IMG/VR virus record: IMGVR_UViG_3300013902_000009
Span: 1-64,000 of that record
DNA: 64,000 nt
Strand: one strand, 5' to 3'
Source of the DNA: a virus
Taxonomy: Duplodnaviria; Caudoviricetes
The notes under the pieces were generated by a model that was not told the origin of the DNA, did not search any database, and was given only the letters and a program-made list of their open reading frames with translations. Of the stretch, positions 46,901-56,196 are shown one piece after another. Position numbers and translations under genes: made by a program. Each line of letters begins with the position of its first letter. The first letter of the stretch is position 1.

Positions 46901-49028
46901 CGGAGAGATGGGTGCTACTAATAAAATAGTTAGCGAGAAGGTATATTATTATGTATCTAACTCATATATTAATTTGCCTAGCTCTATATCTTCGGCTGAC
47001 TGGTCAGAAACACCTTTTGATTTGGAGCCGGGTCAGTATCTTTATATAAAAAAGGTACGTACTTGGGAATCTGGTGATGTAACATACGATTACTCTTGGA
47101 CTAGATCCGGTCTTGATGGATTCTCTAACCTTCCTTTTATATCAACTGTATTTACTATAAGTAGTTCTCAACCATCTACTCCTTCTGGTGGAACATATAG
47201 CAAACCATTGCCAGATTCTACATCTTGGTCTGATGGAATACCTAGTGGTTCTGGTACTATCTGGCTGTCTACTAGAAAGTTTACGGTTGACGGAGCGAAT
47301 CCACAAGAGGCTACTTGGTCAACGCCTATCAAAGCTACATCTGATATAGATTCAAGTGGAAACGGTTGGAATATAAGATATTCATCTCTGACTGCATGTC
47401 CTAAAGCTCCAGATGTAGATGTTGCTTCTGCTTGGCATACAACTCCTCTTGCAGCAGATATTTGGGGTGCCTTCCAAAAGGTAGCTAACAATATTAAAAG
47501 CCCTTGGAATGTTAGGAGAATATATGGCGAAGGTATAAAAATAGAAGCTGAGACTACATCGGCTGCAACTCCTTTTATGGGCGAATGGAATGCAGATACA
47601 GAATACTACGGAACAAAAACTAGAACAGATATAGTTAGGGTTAGTGGTACTTCTGGCGCTGATGATCCAAATACTTACTATTACATAGCTAATAAGGCTA
47701 AGAATTTTGATGGAGAAATAACTCCTCAACCGGGTACAACAGCAGGCGAAGCATATTGGCTTAAGTTTGGTGCTAACTTTGATAATATAGCTACTGGATT
47801 CTTGTTTAGCGAGAAGATATCTACTCAGATTATTGACGCAGTAAATGCTAAAATTGATAATCTTGATGTAGATAATTTGGTGGCTAAAAAGTTAAGAACA
47901 AATGAGAGTGGTAATCTTATATCTATAGAGAATAATAAGATATTATCTTTAACATCTGACGCTACAACTTTTACTGTTGATCCAGAAATTGAAATTACGT
48001 CAAGCCTTGGACTTTCTTGTGATAATACGGTATCGTATTCTGGCAACAAAACAATTTATGGCACATCAATAACGTCTACTTCCAATTCTGTAATAAGTCA
48101 AACTGTAACGTTAACAACTATATCTAGAAAAAATTTTAATGGATATCTTAAATCAATCGTAGCTAGTAAAGATAGAATACGTATAGTTATTAGTGGAGCC
48201 AATATAACATATTTTTCTGCTGGGTTTACAATTACAGCAAAAGGAAATTCATCATCTTCTACACCTATTACTTTAGCTAGTTGCACTGTAGTTAGAAGGT
48301 CATTATGTTATGATTATATTGAAATTAAACCAACAAGTGTAAAAAAGCTACCATTAAGTGATGGAGATATATTTACTATAAGTATAAATTATAGTTATGT
48401 TATAACTAAACCTAATTCGAGCACAACTACAATAGGTGCTACTCTGATTGATGGTGGAACTATTAAAATATTTGATAATGATAATATATTTATTGGAAAA
48501 GACGGAATGAGGATAGGCTCAAATTTAGGAGGACAAAAAATTCTTATGAGCGTTAATAGAGAATCTAATGATATATTATCAATATCAGATGGCGATAATG
48601 ATATTTTTACAATAGGAAGTTCGTTAAAAGTAAACACTGATAGCAGGGGGTTAGTTGAATTAAATAATCCAATGATTTATAATATTGGTAGTAATACATC
48701 AATAGCTAAAGATGATATGGATAAAATTTACTCTTGCTTTGTTAATGGGACTCCTGTTTATTTAAAAGGTGTATATGATGCAACTTTTGGTTCTAATACT
48801 AGAACTGTTTCATATATGTCTATGATAGAAAGTATGTATCCAGCAAGTAGTTTAACTACAGGTGGAACATGTACATTCTTGGCTACGTGTGGATTACATG
48901 ATATGAGTAACTTAACAGATACAACAGATTATAGATTAAATATATTCATTAAAGGTTCTATAAGTACAGTAAGTGGTGGCATATTTAGCGGAGCTGCTAC
49001 TGTATCAATTTATCAACACACTGTATAA
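43950..49028 (+). CDS. large tail-fibre-like structural protein
   Basis: Short collagen-like triplets (GEKGEDG), duplicated WSDG.PSG...W.STR.F..DG module, S/T-rich beta C-terminus. Confidence 0.75.
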   Translation: MMDEIVKGVVETTSVPENVEQLVKINIKDGKASATLFANPNGSSIKRRLDELEERFNNLKTINYEELYGPGNIDIKQGGGSSGGGEGDVTKVYVDEQDEKTLTKAKEYTDSKVGSEITNLRDYVDKTSSTILEQAKEYADSLSYGGGEGGDKATVVLIDAVNRASQARTEAYTAHKEGKAIVLKCAADKYIPMTVTAESNDSVDLKGFDLSYSGYEYIPEVTLVTRMWTLDSKGLNYTEKSVPINSCRTFDCTGSSNVSNIFNYALDTYNKGLSVILKVNTNTFVLANTATSDSLIGYSFQFNPGKLENGESGIVSVDIVRWRLTSSGVTRDSFSTEGGGGSTGGGVTLTQYYSTNTVAKNTLPSNPSDDPTFWNQTKQTVDSIWAAQKATGYDWTMWKLLPKDGEDGKPGKDGDDGITPNTSFKSMVFKRTNTKPDAPDASEGSYNNPVPSGWSDGAPSGEEQLWMSTRIFSSDGESPQQSAWTTPSAVSDNEFMDYEFSSKENPGEPNKKTPSSPELNTNWSNEADTSTIWMAMRQVSNGAYAEGSSWKIMKIKGEKGEDGTSVKIKGKLNSTDELPKSGNTIGDAYLIDGDLWIWDGDSWENVGKIKGEKGDDGNDGKSPYLHIKYSNDGGNTFTDNNGEVPGDYIGMYWDYIIDDSSDTSSYTWKYVRGEDGFGYEYIFKLTETYEAPDVPQIGDDYDDYLPTGWTDDAGDVSEDMPFCWVCYRRKISGHWSAYKGSSKTPGKAALFCSFGTSGVDAITVDFTNDVDGVNLTYEGKVDGEQTVSTYVGAFEGEDAAEIKKIEYTPISGVTISTSTTGSGIDNYPGIITATFADGSEALKEGINSIDVKVTIRCKNATSIEHVSKKTFKVLGNKPGAPGQDAVTYRIITNVHSVRKFSDGSYDTDSISVKKVEKRVGRGDFVETTEGVIKYCIDTYDESKAVTIALNTGVSVANINKFISFYYYVDGKLADGPEDVPINVDGEMGATNKIVSEKVYYYVSNSYINLPSSISSADWSETPFDLEPGQYLYIKKVRTWESGDVTYDYSWTRSGLDGFSNLPFISTVFTISSSQPSTPSGGTYSKPLPDSTSWSDGIPSGSGTIWLSTRKFTVDGANPQEATWSTPIKATSDIDSSGNGWNIRYSSLTACPKAPDVDVASAWHTTPLAADIWGAFQKVANNIKSPWNVRRIYGEGIKIEAETTSAATPFMGEWNADTEYYGTKTRTDIVRVSGTSGADDPNTYYYIANKAKNFDGEITPQPGTTAGEAYWLKFGANFDNIATGFLFSEKISTQIIDAVNAKIDNLDVDNLVAKKLRTNESGNLISIENNKILSLTSDATTFTVDPEIEITSSLGLSCDNTVSYSGNKTIYGTSITSTSNSVISQTVTLTTISRKNFNGYLKSIVASKDRIRIVISGANITYFSAGFTITAKGNSSSSTPITLASCTVVRRSLCYDYIEIKPTSVKKLPLSDGDIFTISINYSYVITKPNSSTTTIGATLIDGGTIKIFDNDNIFIGKDGMRIGSNLGGQKILMSVNRESNDILSISDGDNDIFTIGSSLKVNTDSRGLVELNNPMIYNIGSNTSIAKDDMDKIYSCFVNGTPVYLKGVYDATFGSNTRTVSYMSMIESMYPASSLTTGGTCTFLATCGLHDMSNLTDTTDYRLNIFIKGSISTVSGGIFSGAATVSIYQHTV

Positions 49029-49065
49029 ATTTATACGTATTATTATTTAGTAAAGAATATCTTAA

Positions 49066-49677
49066 ATGAAGAATAACTTTCTAATTATTTGTGCTTTCCT
49101 TATCGTTTTGGCGTTTGGTATTATTTTACTTCAAAGCCAAACGATAAGGAAGTATAAATATGATATTTCCACGCTTGCGTCTAATAATAAAGCGTTAGCT
49201 GTACAGTTAGATTCATCTAATAATATTGCAATTGAGTTTAAGAATACTATAGAATCGCTTGAATATTATAACGACTCTATATCCTATAAATTAAAAAATG
49301 CATATGAGAAATTGCGTATTAAGGATAAAACAATGAAGCGTCTTGAGTATATCGCATCAACGGCGTTAATACGTGACAGTATTATCGTTAAAGATACTAT
49401 CTTTGTTGAGAATTATCATCTTGACACATCTATTGTAAACAAGTGGTACAATATAGACGTTAAGCTGAATTATCCAAATAAAATTGAGGTTAAACCAAAG
49501 ATTGTAAGCGAAAAGTATATAGTGTCGCATGCATCGAGGGAAACCATCAATAAACCGAAAAAATTCTTCTTATGGAGGTTATTCCAAAAGAAGCACAATA
49601 TTGTAAGGGTGGAAGTTGTTGAGGAGAACCCGTATATAACAAATACACAAACAAAATTTATAGAGATTGTGAAATGA
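49066..49677 (+). CDS. spanin-like membrane protein
   Basis: N-terminal TM helix, coiled coil, KKFFLWRLFQKKH. Confidence 0.55.
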   Translation: MKNNFLIICAFLIVLAFGIILLQSQTIRKYKYDISTLASNNKALAVQLDSSNNIAIEFKNTIESLEYYNDSISYKLKNAYEKLRIKDKTMKRLEYIASTALIRDSIIVKDTIFVENYHLDTSIVNKWYNIDVKLNYPNKIEVKPKIVSEKYIVSHASRETINKPKKFFLWRLFQKKHNIVRVEVVEENPYITNTQTKFIEIVK

Positions 49678-49991
49678 GCGAATTACTTATCACTATTGTT
49701 ACAGCGGTAATATCCTCAGCCGCATCAGGCTGGGCCGGTTGGTTCTTTGCGAGGAGAAAGTATAATGCAGAGGTTGAGTCAAACGACTTGCAAAACCTAA
49801 GAGATAGGGTGCAGGTTGTAAATGACATTATAGCCACCTTAAAGACTGAGCTTGATAGAATCAACGACGAAAATCAAAAACTTCGTGACGAAAATGACTT
49901 GATGGACCGTAAGATAACAAACCTTACAACCATTATTTTAAATCATGGAATAAACATAAAAAAAGAGTTGAAAGATGTTGAAGAATCTTAA
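49674..49991 (+). CDS. holin-like protein (one TM helix plus coiled coil)
   Basis: Hydrophobic N-terminus, WFFARRKY, coiled coil. Confidence 0.5.
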   Translation: MSELLITIVTAVISSAASGWAGWFFARRKYNAEVESNDLQNLRDRVQVVNDIIATLKTELDRINDENQKLRDENDLMDRKITNLTTIILNHGINIKKELKDVEES

Positions 49992-52900
49992 TGTAATAAA
50001 ATCGGAGTACGCACCAAAGGATACTACTGCTCTTTGGCTTAAAAAAGAGGGTAATAAGGCATTGCTTCTTTGGTTTGACGGGATAGAATGGGCGCCATTG
50101 ACTGCAGATGTTAAGGGTGATTCTGTTATAGGAGATATACCATCTGGTGTAAATACAAGAGGTACATCTGCTGAGTTTTTTAAGTCTCTTCTAGATGAAT
50201 TTAATAATGGAAATATAGAACTAAATGGATTTTTCCAAGGGCAGGTAGAAATGTCTGACCTTCCATGTGACATAGGGAATGCAGAAGCTACAATACAAGT
50301 TATAGAGGGATTAAATGGCACTCCTATATTTAATGTTGAAGTAACTACTACGTCGTATGATGAAAAATACTCGCCATATAGATGGGATTATTCGTCAAGA
50401 AACGGCACGTTTGATTCTTGGAATGCTAGAACTATAGGTGATAAAGCTGATAAAACCGTTGTTGATGAGATATCTAAAAAAGTGGCAAGTCTTGAAGGAT
50501 TCTTTACTGATGGCAAGGCAAATACAGCTTTGACTTTGGAAGGATTTAATAAAGACAATTACTATACTAAATCAGATACGGATAATAAGGTAGCTTCTGT
50601 GGTTAATGGATTGTCATGGAAAGAAGCAGTCGATAATGTCGCGATGTTGAAGGCCATTAAATCCCCTAAAGAGGGTTGGACTATATCTATAAAAGATACA
50701 AATGCTATCTATCGTTTCGATGATAATAACAGCGCTATAGAAGATTCTTCTGATAGCAATATAATAGTGGCTACTGATAAAACAGCTGGAGCTTGGGTAC
50801 TGCTTGGTACTGCTGTATATTCTGTTGCTACAGATAAAGCTGATGGTTTAATGAGTAAGTCTGATAAGGCTGCGCTAGATAAGACTGTAACTGATATTTT
50901 AGACTTGAATACTACGGTATCTAATAAAGCTAATAAAAGTGATATTCCAGACGTAACAGGCTTCGCTAAAGCAAAAGATGTAGAAGATACTTATGCTAAA
51001 AAAACAGATATTCCAAATATAAGCGATTTGCAAAAAACCGCTGATGCTGATGCTAAGTATGTAAGTAAAGATGGATACGTTGCATTTAGTCAAGAAGAAA
51101 AAGACAAACTAAATGGATTGAAGAATTATACTCTTCCAATAGCCACAGATGAGGTTTTGGGAGGTATTAAGGTTGGTTCTGGTATTAACAAAACTGATGA
51201 TGGTATAATTTCTGTTGATGTTAGTGGCAAGCTTGATAAAACAGAAGCTGAAAGCACCTATGCTAAAAAAGATGATATTCCTAATGTATCTGGTTTTATA
51301 ACAGAAGCTAACGCTGATAATAAATATGTAGCCAAGGATGGTTATATAGAATTTAGTCAAGAAGAGAAAGATAAACTTGGTAGCCTTGAGAATTATACGC
51401 TTCCAATAGCTACCGATAAATCCCTAGGAGGAGTCAAAATCGGTTTTGGTATAAATAAAGATGCTGATGGAGTTATATCTGTAGCGACTGTTGATATAGA
51501 TGGTAAGCTAGACAAGACTGAGGCTGAGAATACTTATGCTAAAAAGACTGATATACCTACAGTTCCAGACGTATCAGATTTTATTACAGAGACTAATGCT
51601 GATGGTAAATACGTAGCAAAAGAAGGCTATACTGCTTATACAGAAGAAGAGAAGACTAAGCTTGCAGGGCTTAATAATTATACTCTTCCACAAGCAACAG
51701 ATAGTACTCTTGGTGGGGTAAAGATAGGTTCTGGTATTAATCTAGCTAATGATGGTACTATTTCAGTAGAAGCAAGCAGTTCAACTCTACCAGATTCTGT
51801 ATTTTTAGATATGGTAAGCTATGGTATTGAGTGGGATACAGAAGTCGCTGATTCTGCTTGTACTCGTATTGGTAATATGTCTATGCATAAAACACTCCCT
51901 ATTCAATCTGGATTTAAGGGTTGTGTTGCCAAAGGAAAAGATATACAATACTATCTCGATCCTAATGATTGGTCTAAAAAAGCTGATGGTTCTGCTTCCG
52001 TGCTTGATGGTACAGATGGAGATGTACGTGTAGATACTGGCTGTAAGTGGTATTATAAAGGATTTGAGAGTGGTACCAAACGTCAATTTAGGATGTCTCA
52101 AACACAAGTTGATTCTACTTGGGTTGAGGTTCCTAGAATGCTTGTAAGTGCTTGGGGTGTTACTCTTGATAGAACTGATTCTACTACACCTAAGGCTCGT
52201 GTTGTTATGAATACGACTGCCAATTTTAGAGGTGGTAAGTATAGCTTAGATGGTTTTGATAAGTATCTTACAACGCTTCCTTGTAGAAGTAATCTTGGCA
52301 AACCTACTACTTATGTTTCTAGACATGATATGAGAACTTACATAGCCAATGCTGCTAACAACCAAGAGATACTTTGTTATGATTTCTATAAGGCTCTTGT
52401 TTGGTGTTATTATGTGGAATATGCTAATTTTAACTGTCAATTACCTTTTAATGCTGAATTAACAAGTGAAGGTTATCATCAAGGTGGACTTGGTAATGGC
52501 TTGACCACTTTTGATAATTCAGCTTGGCAAGGTTTTAATAGTTACAATCCTATTACTCCTTGTGGTTATCTTAATGATATTGGTAATTTTAGCGGAATAA
52601 AAGAATTATCTATTCCAGAAATAGTTATAAATGATACTTTAACTATCAGTGATAAATTAACCCCTTGTAAATACAGAGGTTTTGAAAATCTATTCGGGGA
52701 TTGTTGGAAGAATCTTGAAGGAATTGTTTTACAAAAACCAGATGCAGATTCTGCCAATGTTATATATGCTACATCCGATAATACAAAGTTTGACGATGAG
52801 ATTTCCAATAAGGAGATTCGTGGGATTGAGGCAAAAACGGAAGGACATATAAAGACATTTGTGTTTGGTGATAAGGCTGAGATTATATCTGCGACAACTG

Positions 52901-53085
52901 GTGGCAATGCCTCTACATATAAAACTGATTATCATTCTACTAATAAGGATACAAGTAAAAAAACGGCCCTCTTTGGTGGCTCTGCTTTTAACGGTCTTGA
53001 TGCGGGTTTTGGTTATTTGTATTCCAGTCGCAATGTCGGTGATGCCAATACTTATCAGGGTTTCTTTAGTGTTATAAGATTATAA
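49975..53085 (+). CDS. fibre/receptor-binding protein with a C-terminal CLec-like DGR-target domain
   Basis: Three NYTLP.ATD..LGG.K.G repeats; YRGFENLFG..W; ALFGGSA.NG..AGFG variable-region-like end. Confidence 0.8.
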   Translation: MLKNLNVIKSEYAPKDTTALWLKKEGNKALLLWFDGIEWAPLTADVKGDSVIGDIPSGVNTRGTSAEFFKSLLDEFNNGNIELNGFFQGQVEMSDLPCDIGNAEATIQVIEGLNGTPIFNVEVTTTSYDEKYSPYRWDYSSRNGTFDSWNARTIGDKADKTVVDEISKKVASLEGFFTDGKANTALTLEGFNKDNYYTKSDTDNKVASVVNGLSWKEAVDNVAMLKAIKSPKEGWTISIKDTNAIYRFDDNNSAIEDSSDSNIIVATDKTAGAWVLLGTAVYSVATDKADGLMSKSDKAALDKTVTDILDLNTTVSNKANKSDIPDVTGFAKAKDVEDTYAKKTDIPNISDLQKTADADAKYVSKDGYVAFSQEEKDKLNGLKNYTLPIATDEVLGGIKVGSGINKTDDGIISVDVSGKLDKTEAESTYAKKDDIPNVSGFITEANADNKYVAKDGYIEFSQEEKDKLGSLENYTLPIATDKSLGGVKIGFGINKDADGVISVATVDIDGKLDKTEAENTYAKKTDIPTVPDVSDFITETNADGKYVAKEGYTAYTEEEKTKLAGLNNYTLPQATDSTLGGVKIGSGINLANDGTISVEASSSTLPDSVFLDMVSYGIEWDTEVADSACTRIGNMSMHKTLPIQSGFKGCVAKGKDIQYYLDPNDWSKKADGSASVLDGTDGDVRVDTGCKWYYKGFESGTKRQFRMSQTQVDSTWVEVPRMLVSAWGVTLDRTDSTTPKARVVMNTTANFRGGKYSLDGFDKYLTTLPCRSNLGKPTTYVSRHDMRTYIANAANNQEILCYDFYKALVWCYYVEYANFNCQLPFNAELTSEGYHQGGLGNGLTTFDNSAWQGFNSYNPITPCGYLNDIGNFSGIKELSIPEIVINDTLTISDKLTPCKYRGFENLFGDCWKNLEGIVLQKPDADSANVIYATSDNTKFDDEISNKEIRGIEAKTEGHIKTFVFGDKAEIISATTGGNASTYKTDYHSTNKDTSKKTALFGGSAFNGLDAGFGYLYSSRNVGDANTYQGFFSVIRL

Positions 53086-53145
53086 TAATAAAAAAAATAT
53101 AAAAAAGGTTGTTCAATATCATATATTGACATTTACTAAAAAAAA

Positions 53146-53178
53146 GCCTTATTTAGTGGTAATGCTAATAATGGTACT
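53146..53178 (+). repeat. truncated DGR template-repeat relic
   Basis: Aligns to 52966-52998 with mismatches concentrated at adenines. Confidence 0.6.
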
Positions 53179-53192
53179 AAAAATATGATTGT

Positions 53193-54017
53193 ATGGAAAT
53201 AAAACAATATTTTAAAACAAATGATGAACCAGTGATATTAAATAGGCTTGGTAATAACCAGTACATTTATACACAAGTTATAGAAACTGGTAACGAGGAT
53301 GTTACCGATAAGGATGGTAACACAGAAAATAAGCCTTATTGGATTTGTGTTTGGGTACAACTTGCAGGCGTACCTAACTACAAGTCATGCGTTAAAGGTA
53401 TAATCCGCAACTATTATTCAGCAGAGGACGAGCTTAAATTTATCAATATAGGCTCAAAACTGCAACTAGACTTTGATGTTAACGAGGATGAGTTTGAGGA
53501 ATACAAGGAGTACCTCAATACTGTTAATACCATTAAAGTAAGAACACGAGCTGATTTTGGTATTGATGAGCCTGATGTGCAAAAGGTAGACAAGGTAAAG
53601 TCGTCAGATATGACGGAATTAATTAAACTGATGGCGAATACGGTTACTATAGATGACTCGAAAGCTCTTACTATAAAGTCTATATATCCTAGATTTGAAG
53701 AACTTATAGGTCACGTTGTAAATAAGGATTCTAAACTGCTTTACAATGATACTCTTTATAAGGTATTGCAAGAGCATACTGTAGCATCCGAGCATAAACC
53801 GGGTGTAGGTACAGAATCACTCTATACTGAGATTTGTGAGACTCATAGCGGTACCGCTGATGACCCTATTCCTTACAATAACAATATGGCTCTTGAGAAT
53901 GGTAAGTATTACTCACAAGACGGAGTTATCTATAAGTGTACAAGAGATACTATTAATCCTATATATAATCAACTCAAGGATTTGATAGGAATATATGTTG
54001 AAGTTTACGAAGGTTAA
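53193..54017 (+). CDS. tail-associated protein with CBM-like C-terminal modules
   Basis: LYKVLQEHT...SLY...GTADDPIPY..NM.LENGKYY...YKCTRD. Confidence 0.7.
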   Translation: MEIKQYFKTNDEPVILNRLGNNQYIYTQVIETGNEDVTDKDGNTENKPYWICVWVQLAGVPNYKSCVKGIIRNYYSAEDELKFINIGSKLQLDFDVNEDEFEEYKEYLNTVNTIKVRTRADFGIDEPDVQKVDKVKSSDMTELIKLMANTVTIDDSKALTIKSIYPRFEELIGHVVNKDSKLLYNDTLYKVLQEHTVASEHKPGVGTESLYTEICETHSGTADDPIPYNNNMALENGKYYSQDGVIYKCTRDTINPIYNQLKDLIGIYVEVYEG

Positions 54018-54031
54018 TTAAACTTTATATT

Positions 54032-54163
54032 ATGGGTACTAAAACAAAATCCGATAGCAAGCAAAAACAAAAGAAAAAGACTGGTAGACCAAAACCAATG
54101 GTGTCAAAAGCAGGTCTAACTAAAAATAAGTATTCTTGCGGTGGACGAATCAAAAATTCTTGA
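54032..54163 (+). CDS. small basic protein (43 aa)
   Basis: MGTKTK...GRPKPMVSKAGLTKNKYSCGGRIKNS. Confidence 0.6.
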   Translation: MGTKTKSDSKQKQKKKTGRPKPMVSKAGLTKNKYSCGGRIKNS

Positions 54164-54557
54164 TAGATACATAATTAACAAGCTATTTGTTATAACACTT
54201 AAATACGCTCCGGCATTAATGTCGATATGTTGCATACTAAATACTACCGGAGCGTATTTTGGTTACGAAATGGGTTGGCTAAGTTTTATATCTGGAATAT
54301 CTTTGATACCTTGGCTCTTCCTTTTGTTAGCTTCGAGAGTTTTTAAATTTTGTGTATATCATAGGTTTATGCTATATTATATAGCGATTGACAATATTGT
54401 AAATATAATTGACTATCATATTGGTATTCCTGTTGATGATTACAATATACTTATGATTCATTATATTATACTCGGTGTTATTATGATGATTGCTGTTTAT
54501 AAACATACTAAAAAGATTCACAATGAACGTAAAAGACAAAATAAAAAGACTGCATGA
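54141..54557 (+). CDS. multi-pass membrane protein
   Basis: 3-4 hydrophobic segments; FKFCVYHR. Confidence 0.7.
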   Translation: MDESKILDRYIINKLFVITLKYAPALMSICCILNTTGAYFGYEMGWLSFISGISLIPWLFLLLASRVFKFCVYHRFMLYYIAIDNIVNIIDYHIGIPVDDYNILMIHYIILGVIMMIAVYKHTKKIHNERKRQNKKTA

Positions 54558-55974
54558 GGTTGTTGTGTCCCAAAAGACACCCACGGATACTAATGTCTTG
54601 TGGATTAAAAAGAATGTAAATTCAACATTTACATTTTATATTAACGATGGAATCGATTGGGTGACACCATCCTCAAGCTCTTCTTCTGGAACGGAATTAT
54701 CAGATAAGCAGTTGAATGCAATATTTAAAGCTGATAAGATTGTAATAGATGGCGATGGCAATATGTTTCTATCAAACGACGGAACGTATAAATCGCTTGA
54801 TTCATTCTTGGAAGGATATGCTAAGCTTACAGATATACCTCATTTTACATCGGAGCTAAATAATGATAAAGGCTTTATTACCGAGGTGGACCTGAAAGAA
54901 ATTTCATATACAAAGAGTGAAATTGATAACAAAATATTAACTAACGGTGGTTTTAGCGCATCACTTTATTATACAAAGGAAGATGTAGATAATATCGTTA
55001 ATAATAAAGCAAAGCAACTTGAAGCTTTTGATTGCTCCGCATTCTTTAGATTACAAGTTGGTGACGATTGTAGTAAAATATACGCTGCTTTAGAGACAGC
55101 TGTTAAGAATAAGAGAAGACTATATACTACTGTAACAAAGTATGATACAGATACAATATATAAGGAAGTATTCTCAAATTTTGAAAGCTACTATGATGTA
55201 GATGATGTATTGTCACCATCTGTAAGAATACATGCTCTACTTGATGATGGCCGTATTGAATATGTTACTATAGGTAGCCCAGAGGCTTCAGATAGGACAA
55301 ATAGTAAATATGCTATTATTGAAGAAATCGGTGTATCTGGCAGTCAATATCAACAATATGATTGTACTTACTTTTTTGTATCACCAGAAGGTACTATCGT
55401 TGATGAGCATTATGATGAGTTAGTAAATGCAATTAAAAAGGGGTATTTCCTTTATACTACATATAGTATCTATAAAGATGAAGCCGATAAATATATACAA
55501 GTAATTCCTAGCGTAGATGATTATAATGCTCCGTGGATTGATTTGATCGCTTTTAATGATTGTGTTGGAGACGAAGGCAACGTAATTGTTGAGTATGTAT
55601 ATATTAGGGAAAATAATACTGAGCAACAAGGTAAGACTATTATAGAGTCTAAAAAAGACAAGCTTCTAGTTGATGATACTATACTTAAGACAGTAAACGG
55701 TCAATCTCTAATTGGTTCTGGTGATATTAAGATAGAATCAGATGTGACATATGTTAATGTACCAGAACTACAAGAAGATTATATGGTACAATCTGGAGAG
55801 GAAAATAAAGAGATTATATATACTATTGAAGTAGGCGATACGGTGTATTCTATAACAGGAGATTCAACTCTGCGTTGGATTAATAGTGACGCTCCTGTTG
55901 CTAGCGCAAATTGCACTTATGTAATCTCTGTTATTGGAACGTTTGCGGTATGGGGTGAATTTCCAAAAGAGTAA
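54523..55974 (+). CDS. fibre-related structural protein
   Basis: N-terminus (S..TP.DTNVLWIK) resembles that of 49975; LKTVNGQSLIGSGDI motif. Confidence 0.7.
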   Translation: MNVKDKIKRLHEVVVSQKTPTDTNVLWIKKNVNSTFTFYINDGIDWVTPSSSSSSGTELSDKQLNAIFKADKIVIDGDGNMFLSNDGTYKSLDSFLEGYAKLTDIPHFTSELNNDKGFITEVDLKEISYTKSEIDNKILTNGGFSASLYYTKEDVDNIVNNKAKQLEAFDCSAFFRLQVGDDCSKIYAALETAVKNKRRLYTTVTKYDTDTIYKEVFSNFESYYDVDDVLSPSVRIHALLDDGRIEYVTIGSPEASDRTNSKYAIIEEIGVSGSQYQQYDCTYFFVSPEGTIVDEHYDELVNAIKKGYFLYTTYSIYKDEADKYIQVIPSVDDYNAPWIDLIAFNDCVGDEGNVIVEYVYIRENNTEQQGKTIIESKKDKLLVDDTILKTVNGQSLIGSGDIKIESDVTYVNVPELQEDYMVQSGEENKEIIYTIEVGDTVYSITGDSTLRWINSDAPVASANCTYVISVIGTFAVWGEFPKE

Positions 55975-55979
55975 TAATT

Positions 55980-56135
55980 ATGACTGCATTTAGAATACTA
56001 TTAATGATGCATAAGCATCAAAAGACAGATACAATCAAGCTTTCCCCAAAGAAGTTAGAGTTTGATTATAAAGAGGACTCAAAAGATCTAAGTGTAGAAT
56101 CAAATACTGAATGGTCTATAAGTGTAAACAAATAA
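55980..56135 (+). CDS. 51-aa protein carrying the N-terminal half of a BACON domain
   Basis: IKLSPKKLEFDYKEDSKDLSVESNTEWSISV. Confidence 0.7.
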   Translation: MTAFRILLMMHKHQKTDTIKLSPKKLEFDYKEDSKDLSVESNTEWSISVNK

Positions 56136-56136
56136 T

Positions 56137-56196
56137 TATTTTTGTTTATATTTTTGTTTATATTTTTGTTTATATTTTTGTTTATATTTTTGTTTA
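56137..56196 (+). repeat. 12-bp tandem repeat (TATTTTTGTTTA)x5
   Basis: Five exact copies ending at the A of the next ATG. Confidence 0.95.

Noticed and set aside
49975-54017. Active DGR
   Set aside because: No reverse transcriptase or full-length template repeat in the window
56137-56196. CRISPR array, or the MFIFLFIFLF N-terminus given in the ORF track
   Set aside because: Contiguous 12-bp units without spacers; the real start is ATG 56196
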